From Leidyana gryllorum EB-2025a (taxonomy: Eukaryota; Protista; Apicomplexa): DNA of 64,000 nucleotides. Below the pieces are notes generated by a model, which saw only the letters and a list, made by a program, of their open reading frames with translations, was not told where the DNA came from and searched no databases. The stretch covers positions 230,729 to 294,728 of the forward strand of contig JBLWGC010000002.1 in the NCBI GenBank assembly GCA_048772705.1, written 5' to 3'. The position numbers and the translations under genes are program-made. Shown here one piece after another: positions 63,202 through 64,000 of this stretch; the first letter of the stretch is position 1; every line of letters begins with the position of its first letter.

Positions 63202-64000
63202 TCTTCAGCACTAAACACCCCAGAAATCGTGTGCACACACTCGTGTGGTAACTGAAGGAAGTTGCGGGCAGGTGTCCTTTGGTCATGCCGCGAAGCTTCC
63301 AGTGCTTTAGACTAACATGGAGCTCCACCGAAGCACTGAATCCCATGTCTCCCTCACAGAACCACTTCAGAATCTCGTGGTGTTGAGTATCAGCACCAAA
63401 ACAAGCGCACTGCTCAATGATCCGCTTGAGTGTAGCTATCATCCCCTTCTCACTTGAATCGTTAATGACCACTCTCGAGCTACACTCGAGTAGCGACGCT
63501 GCTTCAGGGTGGAGAGCGATAAGGGCTCTATGCAGCGTTGGTCTCACCTTTGGCAGCATGTCTCACGCGATAATCAATTCTACATAGTGACCCCACGCAG
63601 CCACTCCATACAGACGAGGACATGGCGCCCCCGACGGACCCGCTGCAGCAACGACCTCAGCTGATGAGACGCCAGCAGAGCCTATAGTCATTGCTCCTAT
63701 GTGACGAGTTTTTTCACTCCGTCAATAAGGCTCCACTAGGCACTTTACATTCTGATTCCAGTGTGTTGGCAGTGTATAACATGTTGTGTTGAAGGGTTTC
63801 ACAATCAATTCACTATCCCCGCTGTTTGCAGGACAAACGACTACACTTGAAGTCCTCCATCTACACAGGGCTGTGGCCGACTCGCTATCGCCGCAGCGAA
63901 CTCCGTCCCACCTCCGATATCAGAGATATTCACTATACACATCACCCCGCGCCGACTCCTCGTCCGCAGGTGTAATCGAGTCGGATACCACTTCAAATGG

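Larger units (their letters stand above)
52430..64000. repeat. Tandem array of about 3.58-3.59 kb units (three full units plus a partial unit continuing past the window end)
   Basis: Equivalent stop codons at 54045, 57624 and 61214 (spacing 3579, 3590). Diverged left boundary at about 52430. Confidence 0.97.

Noticed and set aside
52430-64000. Array as a transposon, virus or polycistronic operon
   Set aside because: No transposase, RT, integrase or capsid motifs seen. The two main ORFs are exons of one gene.

Overview
Very compact eukaryotic DNA with short (about 36-60 nt) GT-AG introns. I infer a protist, most plausibly a gregarine-like apicomplexan, but the window cannot prove this. Recognisable genes, several rebuilt by hand across introns: aminopeptidase P (runs off the left edge, absent from the ORF track), Zn/NADP alcohol dehydrogenase, an ankyrin protein, aldo-keto reductase, EXO1, RPS15A, TMEM245-like, an F-box protein, PKA catalytic subunit, MAD1-like, a Nudix/OB-fold fusion, NAA40-like, BMT5-like, NDK, a divergent histone H3, a plant-type MGDG synthase, a GH32-fold protein and an ankyrin-DHHC palmitoyltransferase. 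There are nested LTR-retrotransposon relics at about 10.2-11.3 kb. A tandem array of about 3.58 kb units carrying a two-exon F-box/LRR-like gene runs from about 52.4 kb to the end. Most notable: (1) a chloroplast-type galactolipid synthase with no visible plastid leader and a ~240-aa insertion; (2) a probably GPI-anchored GH32 with two catalytic positions substituted; (3) a non-centromeric H3 variant with Arg at position 4; (4) a catalytically dead Nudix fused to an OB fold and RG tail; (5) near-absent intergenic space including same-strand CDS overlaps, with a palindromic CACACGTGTG motif concentrated in introns; (6) a diversifying F-box array. All family assignments come from motif recognition by eye; no searches were run.
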